IMG/VR virus record: IMGVR_UViG_3300020577_006613
Coordinates: 36,329-100,328 of that record
DNA length: 64,000 bases
DNA from: a virus
Taxonomy: Duplodnaviria > Caudoviricetes
Strand: one strand, 5' to 3'
Shown: piece by piece, positions 7,749-16,649 of the stretch
How positions within the stretch are numbered: the stretch's first letter is position 1
Layout: each line of letters opens with the position of its first letter
Position numbers and translations under genes: made by a program
The notes under the pieces: generated by a model
Told to the model about the DNA's origin: nothing
What the model saw: only the letters and a program-made list of their open reading frames with translations
Databases searched by the model: none

Positions 7749-9332
7749 ATGACAAACGGAATTGCTGGTCTTCTGAATCTTGCTCGTTTCTCTCGGATGC
7801 GTCATCTTCAGCTTTGCGTTGGTTCTGCAACCGACAGCTACAAGATGACTCACTGGAAGATTTACCCTGATGGTCTTTCTTCCATGTCCTCTTACCTGGA
7901 AGCTCGTTCTGCTTCTGACTTCGCAGACGAAACAGTGTTCTTCGGTTTGCAGTATTTCATCAAGCGATTCCTGATTGGTGAAGTTATTACGCTTCGAGAC
8001 CTGCCCCGTCTCAAGGCTTTCTGCAAGAATCACTTCTACGGCGTTGAAGGCCTCTTTAATGAAGAGGGATGGCGATACATCATCAGTCATCACAAGGGTC
8101 GTTTGCCGGTAAGCATTCGGGCGGTTGCTGAAGGAACGGTTGTTCCTGTTGGTAATGCTCTCATGGTTATCAAGGAAACCGATCCGAAGTGCGCTTGGCT
8201 GACCAACTTCCTTGAAACCCTGCTTGTCGAGGTTTGGAATCCCATCACCGTAGCGTCTCTTTCTCGCGCTATGAAGAAGACGCAGTACGAATTCATGAAC
8301 AAGACAATGGATAGCGATGAACTTCTTCGCATCCTGATGCCTTCCAGAGTTCACGACTTTGGTTATCGTGGCGTTTCTTCGCCCGAAACCGCCGGTCTCT
8401 CTGGCGCTGCCCACCTTGTTAACTTTGTTGGAACCGATACGATTGCCGCAATCGACCTGATCGATCAGTTCTACCGAGGCAACGAGTTCAATGAACTGTT
8501 TGATCAGGATCTGACGGGCGAGTTTGACGAAAACGCTTCTTATGAGCGTTGGGATGCCTATTACAAGGCAAACATGCCTGGTTTCAGCATTCCTGCTACC
8601 GAACACTCGCAGATGACGCTTGGCGGCGAACTTGGCGAAAGAGACATTCTTGAGAACTACATCAGGAAGTTCCCCTCTGGCTTTATTGCCTGCGTTATCG
8701 ACTCGTTCGATACGTTCAACTTCATCAACAGCATTTCTGGTGGCGACCTCAAGGCTGAGGTTCTTGGTCGAGACGGTGTTCTTGTTCACCGTCCTGACTC
8801 TGGCGATCCTCCGAAGATGGTTGTTGATGTTCTCAATGCCCTTGGAATTAGGTTTGGTTATCGCACCAACGGCAAGGGCTACAAGGTTCTGAATGACAAG
8901 GTTCGCGTTATTCAGGGCGACGGAGTGAACTATCACTCTCACCGCAAGATTCTTGAAGCCGTTGTTGCTGCTGGCTGGTCTGTTGAAAACCTTGCCTTTG
9001 GTTCTGGCGGCGCTCTGTTGCAGAAGGTGAACCGCGATACCTTTAGCTTTGCATTCAAGTGCAGCTACGCCGTTGTTGACGGCGCTCCTCGGGCAGTATT
9101 CAAGAAGCCCAAGACTGATCCTCGTAAGAACAGCAAGCGCGGCGAACTCGCTCTGGTTATTTACAACACCAACTACATTACTGTTCCTCTTGAAGAGGCC
9201 AACAACTACCCAAGCGGAGATATGTTGAAGGAAGTTTTCCGTAACGGAGAACTCCTGATTGAGTACGATTTCTCCGATATCAGAGCGAGGGCCGAACTCC
9301 CTGAGCTTATGGCCGCTGCAAGTGTAAACTGA
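7749..9332 (+). CDS. nadV: nicotinamide phosphoribosyltransferase (NAMPT)
   Basis: TDSYK.TH, VHDFGYRGVSS, SIPATEHS, RPDSGDP, IQGDG, FGSGGALLQ. Confidence 0.95.
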   Translation: MTNGIAGLLNLARFSRMRHLQLCVGSATDSYKMTHWKIYPDGLSSMSSYLEARSASDFADETVFFGLQYFIKRFLIGEVITLRDLPRLKAFCKNHFYGVEGLFNEEGWRYIISHHKGRLPVSIRAVAEGTVVPVGNALMVIKETDPKCAWLTNFLETLLVEVWNPITVASLSRAMKKTQYEFMNKTMDSDELLRILMPSRVHDFGYRGVSSPETAGLSGAAHLVNFVGTDTIAAIDLIDQFYRGNEFNELFDQDLTGEFDENASYERWDAYYKANMPGFSIPATEHSQMTLGGELGERDILENYIRKFPSGFIACVIDSFDTFNFINSISGGDLKAEVLGRDGVLVHRPDSGDPPKMVVDVLNALGIRFGYRTNGKGYKVLNDKVRVIQGDGVNYHSHRKILEAVVAAGWSVENLAFGSGGALLQKVNRDTFSFAFKCSYAVVDGAPRAVFKKPKTDPRKNSKRGELALVIYNTNYITVPLEEANNYPSGDMLKEVFRNGELLIEYDFSDIRARAELPELMAAASVN

Positions 9333-9356
9333 TGCGGCTATACTCTCCTCACTCAG

Positions 9357-10445
9357 ATGAATGCTAAAGGTAGAAACATGACGAAAAGAAAGAATAGTCT
9401 CGGTAAGTTGTTGGTGGTTTTGCTTTCATGCCTGATGGTTTGCTCGTTTTCAAACGAAGCATACGGACAAAGAGCAAGTCGTGGTGGCGGTTCTTCTTCC
9501 AAAGCTTCTAAGCCTTCTTCTCGTCCTGCTGCCAAGCCTTCAAGCCCTAGCAAAACACCTTCTCGCAGTCCTTCCGTAAGCAAGCCCTCTGCTCCAAAAT
9601 CAAAGCCTGCTGTTGCGCCAAGCAGGTCTCCAAGCGTTTCAAAGCCTTCTTCTAAGCCAACACCTGCTGCAACACCAAGCAGGTCTCCAAGTGTTTCAAA
9701 GCCCTCTTCTAAGTCAACACCTGTTGTGACGCCAAGCAGGTCTCCAAGTGTTTCAAAGCCTTCAAGCCCAAGCATTTCGAAGCCTTCAACAAAGGCTCCT
9801 GATGTAAAAGCAACACCACCCGCACCGAAGAGTAACGCAACCAGTAGTGGCAGAAACTCTTCTTTGTCGAAGCCAAAAACTAGCGATCCTAAGCCTATTT
9901 CTACTGCTCTTTCTGGGGAAACAAAGCCTCGTCCCCCTCCGTCAACAAAGGCCACAAGCAGCGGTAGAAATTCAAGCTTATCAAAGACTACCACTTCCGC
10001 CCCAACAATGAGTGCGGCTGACAAGGCTCTTTACGAGAGAGCTAAGCAAAGCGGAACGGTTTATACCAGTCGAGAGCAAGCGGTAGATAGTTTCAAGACT
10101 AAGTATGCTAAGGAATTTACGACCAAGTTTCAGGAAGAACCCAAGGCTCGACCTGCGTATATTCCCTCAACATACTCCCCAAGTAGTAACAGTCCTTCGC
10201 ATACTGTTGTCTACAACCAGCGTTACGGCGGCTATGGATATTGGGACGGCGGCGGTCCTAATCTTGGAACCTTCATTCTGTATGACGCATTGACTGACGC
10301 TGCTGTTACCAGCAATCTTATGACCCAAAAGGGCTACTACTACGGCCCTCCGCCTCCTGCCGGTCATGTCCTTGTGGTTCTTGGGATTGTTTTCGGAATC
10401 ATTGTTCTTGTCGTTGTTGTCGGAGCGCTTGTCACAAGGAAGTAA
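9357..10445 (+). CDS. exported S/P/K-rich low-complexity protein with C-terminal TM
   Basis: Signal peptide (NEAYG), PSRSPSVSKPS repeats, YGGYGYW, C-terminal TM; start may be 9378. Confidence 0.8.
   Translation: MNAKGRNMTKRKNSLGKLLVVLLSCLMVCSFSNEAYGQRASRGGGSSSKASKPSSRPAAKPSSPSKTPSRSPSVSKPSAPKSKPAVAPSRSPSVSKPSSKPTPAATPSRSPSVSKPSSKSTPVVTPSRSPSVSKPSSPSISKPSTKAPDVKATPPAPKSNATSSGRNSSLSKPKTSDPKPISTALSGETKPRPPPSTKATSSGRNSSLSKTTTSAPTMSAADKALYERAKQSGTVYTSREQAVDSFKTKYAKEFTTKFQEEPKARPAYIPSTYSPSSNSPSHTVVYNQRYGGYGYWDGGGPNLGTFILYDALTDAAVTSNLMTQKGYYYGPPPPAGHVLVVLGIVFGIIVLVVVVGALVTRK
9618..9765 (+). repeat. 57-bp coding tandem repeat (x~3)
   Basis: CCAAGCAGGTCTCCAAGYGTTTCAAAGCC at 9618, 9675, 9732. Confidence 0.9.
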
Positions 10446-10447
10446 TC

Positions 10448-11113
10448 ATGAAGGTTGAACTCAGTCAAAAATTCTGGCGCAGCGTTACGCTAAATAGTCA
10501 GGTCAACTTGACTGATCAAGCTGCTCTTGACGCCTCTGCCGCCGAAGGTCGAGGAATGCAAGGCATGGAGTATGCCGTAAAGGAAATCCTTTCCATTACG
10601 GAAAAGGATAAGCTCTGCGAATGGCTTATCTTCAAGCTGGTTCATCCCAAGCAAACTCTCTATCTCGTTGTTAAGACGGTTGGAGACGAAGTTGATCTTC
10701 GAGTCTTCTATAACCCTGAGTCCATTATTGTTGGCGACCGTAACGACCAACTCAATGCTCAGAACTACTTCATGTTCGCCAACCATAACCCCAAGGGCAA
10801 AAACAATTTGCTTGGCTTGAAGTATACGCAACAGATTGCGTGGACCTTCGACTACGGTAATGGTCCTCAAGAAGTCATCTTCAATCAAAAGGGCAACATG
10901 GAGTTGACTGGTACGGCTTCTTACCAGCCTCGCCGCTTCGCTGGCGAAACTCTTGTTGCAACCGTTTCGGAGTATCTTGCCGCAAGCGATACCCCCGAAC
11001 CTGAAATCATGATTGTTGAAGTCGGAAACACCAAGAGCAAGACTGGCGGAGCCATTCTTCTTCTCGTCGGTAACTCAATCAATCAATTCGAAATGTCAAT
11101 TGTTCGCAAGTAA
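10448..11113 (+). CDS. YjfK/DUF4178-like beta-rich protein
   Basis: Operon position before pspA; C-terminal LLVG..I...E pattern. Confidence 0.45.
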   Translation: MKVELSQKFWRSVTLNSQVNLTDQAALDASAAEGRGMQGMEYAVKEILSITEKDKLCEWLIFKLVHPKQTLYLVVKTVGDEVDLRVFYNPESIIVGDRNDQLNAQNYFMFANHNPKGKNNLLGLKYTQQIAWTFDYGNGPQEVIFNQKGNMELTGTASYQPRRFAGETLVATVSEYLAASDTPEPEIMIVEVGNTKSKTGGAILLLVGNSINQFEMSIVRK

Positions 11114-11156
11114 ACCCGACTTTCTTCGGGTCAAGCAGCTAAGTAGGAGTTTCAAA

Positions 11157-11669
11157 ATGGGACAGGTTTCATCAGATAGCGTCGTCGTTCAAACCGCAGC
11201 AACGCCGGTTGAGCCTTCTGCTCAGGCGCAGTCTGTCGCAAGAAAGCTTGCAGAACAGGGCTATGCTGTTTCAACCAGCGGTAGGAATGTTCTTTCTGTT
11301 GCCGACAATATCGACGGCAATACGTTGAACATTGTTGTTCTGATTTCCGAGAACGGCGACGAGATTTCGTTTACTTGTCACGTTGGTAACTTGAACGACA
11401 TTCCTGAAGATCAGGTTGCCGCTCAGCGTGACTTCTGCTTTGTTCTCTGCAATATGAACGATGTTATTGCTCCTTTTGCGACTTCGTTCATTACTTCCGA
11501 GGATGATGGCAGCGTTGGCGATGGCAATGTCAATGTTGTCTTGATTAGCCGCAGTCATCTCAACTTCAGCAATGCCGCTGAAACAGAGCAGATGCTTCGT
11601 TACCAGATGGGCGCTCTCCGCAAGGCGGTTGTTTATTACAACCAGCAGAATGTTCTGATGTCGAACTAA
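11157..11669 (+). CDS. YjfI/T3SS-chaperone-fold-like protein
   Basis: AGGAG RBS, ATG 11157; LCNMNDVIAPFATSF pattern; directly before pspA. Confidence 0.5.
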   Translation: MGQVSSDSVVVQTAATPVEPSAQAQSVARKLAEQGYAVSTSGRNVLSVADNIDGNTLNIVVLISENGDEISFTCHVGNLNDIPEDQVAAQRDFCFVLCNMNDVIAPFATSFITSEDDGSVGDGNVNVVLISRSHLNFSNAAETEQMLRYQMGALRKAVVYYNQQNVLMSN

Positions 11670-11716
11670 CTCAAACCCAAACAACCATCACAGGTTTCTT
11701 GAAAGGAAAACAAACA

Positions 11717-12379
11717 ATGGAATTCATCAAGTCTCTTTTCCGTCGTATGCGTCAGGCCGACCATGAGGGCGCTCAGGCTATTGATGTTCCTGACGCCGAA
11801 AAAGGTCGTCAGGTCATTCAAGACGCAACCACTCAGATCAACAACTTCGAGCGTCAGGTGGCGAACCTGATGGCAAGCAAGAAGCAGAAGCAGGCGCAGC
11901 TTCCTGCTCTCGAAGCGAACATCAAAAAGTTCGAAGGCATCGCTACTAAGGCTGGCGCTGCTGGTAATGCTGATGATGTTCGAGAGGCTGTTAAGCATAA
12001 GCTGAACTTCCAGGGACAGCTTGATTCTCTCAAGGCTGAAATTGAGAAGGACGGCGTTCTTGAGGCTCGTCTTCGTAAGCAGTTGAGCGACGTTCGTGAC
12101 CAGATTGCTCGCTCTTCGGCCAAGGCTGACTCCCTCAAGGTTCGTCAGGAAAGCGCCAAGATTCGTCAGTCGCTCGCCAGCACGACTATGGATGGCTCTG
12201 GCGCTCTCTCGCAGCTTAACGAGTGGGAAAACAAGGTGATGAAGGATGAGGCTCTTGCTGAGGCGAAGGAAGAACTCGCCGGCGCGGGCAGCGTTACTCA
12301 GAACCTCACTGAGAAGTATCAGGATACTTCTGCCATTGACGAAGAAATGGCAAAGTACATGACCACGGCGAAGACCTAA
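11717..12379 (+). CDS. pspA: PspA/IM30 family protein
   Basis: N-terminal amphipathic helix, long coiled coil, ENKV...EALAEA..EL, IDEEMAK tail. Confidence 0.85.
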   Translation: MEFIKSLFRRMRQADHEGAQAIDVPDAEKGRQVIQDATTQINNFERQVANLMASKKQKQAQLPALEANIKKFEGIATKAGAAGNADDVREAVKHKLNFQGQLDSLKAEIEKDGVLEARLRKQLSDVRDQIARSSAKADSLKVRQESAKIRQSLASTTMDGSGALSQLNEWENKVMKDEALAEAKEELAGAGSVTQNLTEKYQDTSAIDEEMAKYMTTAKT

Positions 12380-12388
12380 TCACAACAT

Positions 12389-12419
12389 CGTTGCCGGTCT
12401 AACGACCGGCAACGGTTTT
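12389..12419 (+). terminator. intrinsic terminator
   Basis: CGTTGCCGGTC-TAAC-GACCGGCAACG-GTTTT. Confidence 0.75.
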
Positions 12420-12453
12420 CCAAACTGAGCCTTAACCATTAGGAGTATTTGAT

Positions 12454-13455
12454 ATGAAGTCTCTGGGAATCGTTCTTTCTCTTGCGGCCTCCATCTTTGT
12501 TAGTTCCAATGTTGTTGCGCAGGAAGCTCCTGTTACCGCAACTCGTACTGTCAATGTTGGAGTCTTCGAGACTGATCCTTTTGTTATGAAGGACGGCAAC
12601 GGTGGTTACACCGGCTTTGACATCGAGCTTTGGAATGCTATCGCTGCCGACCTGCATTTCAAGACGAACTTTGTTTCCGCCAACAGCTTCCCTGATCTTC
12701 TTGATTCGGTCAAGAACGGAAAGGTTGATGCTGCTCTTTCAAGCATCACCGTCAACTCTGATCGTCACAATGTTATGGACTTTTCTACTCCTTACTTCAA
12801 CTCTGGACTCATGATCATGGTCCGCGAAGGCGAAAACAAGGAGTCGATTGGTTCTTTCGTCTCTACTGAGCTTCCTCGGTCGATTAGCTCGCTCGGCTCG
12901 TACTTCCCCCTCTTTGCTGTCTTTACGCTTGCCACTCTTGTTCTTGTCTTTGGTCGTAGCCGCTGGGAGTCTTTCAAGAGCGTTCCCTTGACTGTTTTGA
13001 CTGCTGTTCTTGCTTTCGGTTCTATCTTCACTGGCATTATGAACGCTTCTCGTCTTAGCGCCGCTATGACGGCTGATCACTTCACCTATCAGGTTTCTCT
13101 GCCAAGAGACTTGCGAGGCAAGCCTGTTGCTACGGTTGCCGGAACAACTAGCGTTCCTGTCCTTGCGTCTTATGGAGCGAATGTCAACGCTGTAACTGAT
13201 ATCAACGATGCGTATGCCATGCTTACTGCTGGTCAGGTTGAGGCGGTTGTCTATGACGCTCCGACTTTGCAGTATTACGCCAAGACAACTGGCGCTGGTC
13301 AGGTTGCTGCTGTTGGTTCTCTTTTCGCTCAGCAGCCTTACGGCATTGCTCTTCCTCCGAACAGCGATCTGCGTAAGCAGATTGATGGAGCGATTCTCCG
13401 CCTTAAGGAGAATGGCGTCTATGACCGTCTTTACCAGAACTATTTCGGCGAGTAA
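12454..13455 (+). CDS. family-3 amino-acid-binding protein with two inserted TM helices (GluR0-like topology, no pore loop)
   Basis: GFDIELW, SITVNSDR..VMDFSTPY, TM-TM insert, DLRGK.VATVAGTTS, YGIAL. Confidence 0.8.
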   Translation: MKSLGIVLSLAASIFVSSNVVAQEAPVTATRTVNVGVFETDPFVMKDGNGGYTGFDIELWNAIAADLHFKTNFVSANSFPDLLDSVKNGKVDAALSSITVNSDRHNVMDFSTPYFNSGLMIMVREGENKESIGSFVSTELPRSISSLGSYFPLFAVFTLATLVLVFGRSRWESFKSVPLTVLTAVLAFGSIFTGIMNASRLSAAMTADHFTYQVSLPRDLRGKPVATVAGTTSVPVLASYGANVNAVTDINDAYAMLTAGQVEAVVYDAPTLQYYAKTTGAGQVAAVGSLFAQQPYGIALPPNSDLRKQIDGAILRLKENGVYDRLYQNYFGE

Positions 13456-13531
13456 TCGCCTCTCAAAAAGGGCGGCTAGACTTTCGCTCAAAGTTTAGAG
13501 TCTAGAATCAACCAAAAGAAAGGTCAAAGCA

Positions 13532-14164
13532 ATGCATCCCACTCTCGAACTCGTTACGCAGCACTTCCGGTCGGAATATAGCGGACCCAAGATCGCCTTC
13601 TTCGTTGCTGGCGGCGGCTTCTCCGCTCTTGATTTCCGCCGGTTTCCTGGAGGCAGCAACAAGTATCATACTGCTGTTGAGCCTTACAGTGAAGATACCG
13701 CAAACTTCCTGAACAGGTTTGCAAACGCAGGCATCAGCGACCCGAACAACTTCAGGTTTGTGAATGCTGATGGAACCGCTATGGCGCTTCAGTCGCTTCA
13801 ATCTTACTGCAATGATGATCACAGTCTTCTGTATGTTGTCATCAACAGTGCTTGCACCAGCGACCGTTTCCGTCGAGGAGACAATCGAGCATATATTCAT
13901 ACGAGCAGGGGCGATATGTACCTGTTCCGCATGAGCAAGCTTGATCAGGACGGTTACAATGCCCTTGCCAGCAAGAGCATGAACTATATTGACCAGATTC
14001 GGTTCGAAGAGGATCGTCGTATTGGTCAGGTTGCTCTTGCAATCATCATGGAAGACCCTTCGCTCTTCCCTGTTCTTGAGGCTGGCGAAAGCGTTGTTCG
14101 TCTGCATCGCGACAGCAATGGTAGTTGGGTCGAAAACTCCGCTGACACTCTCGCAACTGCATAA
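13532..14164 (+). CDS. CinA-like domain protein (N-half of CinA-like/nucleotidyltransferase)
   Basis: VAGGG...PGGS....EPY, RRGDNRAYI; adjacent to HxxH transferase. Confidence 0.6.
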   Translation: MHPTLELVTQHFRSEYSGPKIAFFVAGGGFSALDFRRFPGGSNKYHTAVEPYSEDTANFLNRFANAGISDPNNFRFVNADGTAMALQSLQSYCNDDHSLLYVVINSACTSDRFRRGDNRAYIHTSRGDMYLFRMSKLDQDGYNALASKSMNYIDQIRFEEDRRIGQVALAIIMEDPSLFPVLEAGESVVRLHRDSNGSWVENSADTLATA

Positions 14165-14166
14165 CA

Positions 14167-14820
14167 ATGAACGCTGACAAGATCAAATCACTTTACCAGT
14201 CGGTTGCGGGAGATCGTAACCGACTGTTTAACTTCGTAATCATGCCTGACGGGCAGATTGGCGAAACTCTTTCAACTCTTGGCCTACCCAATATGGGTCA
14301 CAGAGGAATGGATCATGGCATCTTTGCTGTTGTTCCAGGTAGTTTCAATCCGTTGCATGTTGCTCATCGGAAGATTTTCGATGGCATAAAGGGCTTGTAC
14401 CCGCATGCAAAAGAGCTTGCTCCTGTATATGAGATTTCGATCAATCGTAAAGACAAGGAACCCTTGTCTTTTGAAGACCTGCTTGAACGCCTTAAGCAGT
14501 TTGAGTGGTATGCTCCCGTTTGGGTTACGAATGCCTTGTTTTTCTTTGAGAAAACCGGACTTGTTTCTCAGTGGATTCAGCCTTCTTTCCATATTGGGTA
14601 TGATACCGCTGATAGACTTCTTCACGATCATGGAATCCTTGGAGTTGGCGGCATGGCTGCAAGGTTTGTAGTCTATCCAAGAATTGTCAATGGTGAAGTT
14701 TGCGATGTACAGACCCTGACAAACAAGTATTTTGGCCGCTGTCACAATATGGAAGCTGGTCCTCGTCTTTCTGATGAAGAAATGGCCGTTAGTTCAACGG
14801 CGATTAGAGCGAAACAATGA
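14167..14820 (+). CDS. cytidylyltransferase-family nucleotidyltransferase (NMNAT-like)
   Basis: PGSFNPLHVAH, EISINRKDK, IGYDT, VSSTAIR. Confidence 0.85.
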   Translation: MNADKIKSLYQSVAGDRNRLFNFVIMPDGQIGETLSTLGLPNMGHRGMDHGIFAVVPGSFNPLHVAHRKIFDGIKGLYPHAKELAPVYEISINRKDKEPLSFEDLLERLKQFEWYAPVWVTNALFFFEKTGLVSQWIQPSFHIGYDTADRLLHDHGILGVGGMAARFVVYPRIVNGEVCDVQTLTNKYFGRCHNMEAGPRLSDEEMAVSSTAIRAKQ

Positions 14821-15281
14821 TTACTGGTTCTAATCCATTCAAAGTTGTCAAAACTGGTTGGCATAAGTGGTTCTGTGAAGGACCATACCAGAGCGGTAAG
14901 CAGTGGGACACAGAAGACGAAGCGCTTGAAGAAGCCGCTTTACTCAATTCGGTCTACAACATTGGATATTTTGCTAACGTAGATCAGGCAAGGCTTGCTC
15001 GGCTTGAGGACAACGCTGCGCATGCTTACAGATGCGCTCAAGAATATGTTCCTGACTATCCTTGGCCTGATAAGCCTGATATGTCATGTCAGGCTTCTAC
15101 TGCTGTTTGGGCTTGCGGAGAATCATACAAGGGGGTCTCTGCTGCCTGCCAGGATTGGCAAGACCTGTTTGAACACCTTGCGCCAGAAGCCTACAAAGCA
15201 CTTTTTGAGAGGATAAAGGCTGACACCAAAGCCTATGATGCTCTGCTTCAAGAGATCAAGGATAAAAAGGCAAAGGGATGA
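14817..15281 (+). CDS. hypothetical protein
   Basis: ATGA-coupled on both sides. Confidence 0.7.
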   Translation: MITGSNPFKVVKTGWHKWFCEGPYQSGKQWDTEDEALEEAALLNSVYNIGYFANVDQARLARLEDNAAHAYRCAQEYVPDYPWPDKPDMSCQASTAVWACGESYKGVSAACQDWQDLFEHLAPEAYKALFERIKADTKAYDALLQEIKDKKAKG

Positions 15282-16273
15282 TCAAACGAGGACTCTGCTG
15301 CATTCATATGGGCCTTCAAGCGAGAGGCATTCGCTTTCAAACAATGACTTGGAAGCAGTTTTCTTCGCGCCCAAGAAAAGAATCTATCGAGATACTTGCC
15401 AAGCGGTATGAGAACAACCTGCAAGTTATCCATTCAATCCTTCGTCTATGCGCTGTTCCTGATTGGAACTACAGAGTAAGCAGTGACATCTTTCCTCTTA
15501 TGACTCATCCTGAGTCTAAGATTGTTTGGGATGAACTGCCCAACGTCGAAACTCTTAATCAGCTTTTCAGAATCTGCGCAGAAGAGGCCTTTTTCAATAG
15601 CACTCGCCTCTCTTGCCATCCTGACCAATTCAATGTTCTTGCAAGCGAGAACGATAAGGCTGTTGAGCAAACCATCACAGAGTTGAACCATCATGGCTGG
15701 TTCATGAGTAAGCTTGGCCTTGATCCTTCTACTTGCCAAGACCCTATTCTTAGGAAACTTCTTGGCGACACTAAGGGACTGCATAATCTTGGCTACGTTG
15801 CCCCTATAAACATCCATCTGAATTGCTCGAAGGGCGACCCCAAAGATATCACCAAGCGGTTTAAGGCCAATCTAGACCGCCTAAACGACAATGCCAAGAA
15901 GCGTCTTGTTGTTGAGGTTGAGGATAAGGGTATTTGGACCGCCAAAATGCTTGTTGATCATATTCATGAAGCTACAGGCGTTCCTGTAACTTTTGATTAT
16001 CTGCATCACAAGTGCAATCCAGGCGGGTTGACGGAAGAAGAGGCCTTCAAACTTTGCGCTGAGACTTGGGGTAGCGCAACTCCATTGTTCCATTTTGCTG
16101 AAACGTTACCAGGCCAAAACAACCCCAGAAAGCATGCTGACTTTCCTACTTTCGTACCTAATGACTACGGGTACAATATCGACCTGGATTACGAGTTCAA
16201 AATGAAGGACCAAGCGCTTCAAAAAGCACAAAAACTTGAAGAAGAACTTGAAAGCAAATCGGTAGGTGTCTAA
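15278..16273 (+). CDS. uvsE: UV damage endonuclease
   Basis: YRVSSDIFP, RLSCHPDQFNVL, EL.HH, INIH, FDYLHH, RKHAD, EFKMKD. Confidence 0.93.
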   Translation: MIKRGLCCIHMGLQARGIRFQTMTWKQFSSRPRKESIEILAKRYENNLQVIHSILRLCAVPDWNYRVSSDIFPLMTHPESKIVWDELPNVETLNQLFRICAEEAFFNSTRLSCHPDQFNVLASENDKAVEQTITELNHHGWFMSKLGLDPSTCQDPILRKLLGDTKGLHNLGYVAPINIHLNCSKGDPKDITKRFKANLDRLNDNAKKRLVVEVEDKGIWTAKMLVDHIHEATGVPVTFDYLHHKCNPGGLTEEEAFKLCAETWGSATPLFHFAETLPGQNNPRKHADFPTFVPNDYGYNIDLDYEFKMKDQALQKAQKLEEELESKSVGV

Positions 16274-16365
16274 GATTTTGCGTGGAGGCATTCAAGTTTT
16301 TTCCGATGGATGCCGATACAGTTTGTACTGAAGAACGCCTACCAAAGAACTTCTCAGTAAAATAG

Positions 16366-16482
16366 TAGATGTCGGAACTGGTCGAAGGACAGGACGGTTA
16401 ACTTTACCGCTCGCCGTAAGGCGATTTCAAAGTGCAGCCGCAAGGCAACCCGTTCGCCATAACATACCTTTTCCGCTTCTTT
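16366..16482 (+). ncRNA. Y RNA-like ncRNA A (Ro-binding stem plus 3-way junction with two GNRA hairpins)
   Basis: GGT-CGAA-GG / CC-ATAACAT-ACC; TCGCC-GTAA-GGCGA; GCC-GCAA-GGC; upstream of Ro60. Confidence 0.7.
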
Positions 16483-16520
16483 TGACCTGGCAACAGCTTA
16501 GCAGCTATTCGTCAAGGTTT

Positions 16521-16588
16521 GGTCATCGAGTCGAAGAATGAAGGTTAACGGCTAAAAAAGCCTTTGTTCACCAACATATTCGATGCCA
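16521..16588 (+). ncRNA. Y RNA-like ncRNA B (minimal)
   Basis: CATCGAGT-CGAA-GAATGAAGG / CCTTTGTTC-ACCAACAT-ATTCGATG. Confidence 0.7.
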
Positions 16589-16649
16589 TTTTGTAGCCTC
16601 TCGGTTCTTGAAGGAAACTTCAGGTCAACCGTATTGAAAACTGAATAAT

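Noticed and set aside
9618-9765. 57-bp repeats as a CRISPR-like or regulatory array
   Set aside because: They are in-frame coding repeats of a low-complexity S/P/K linker with synonymous variation.
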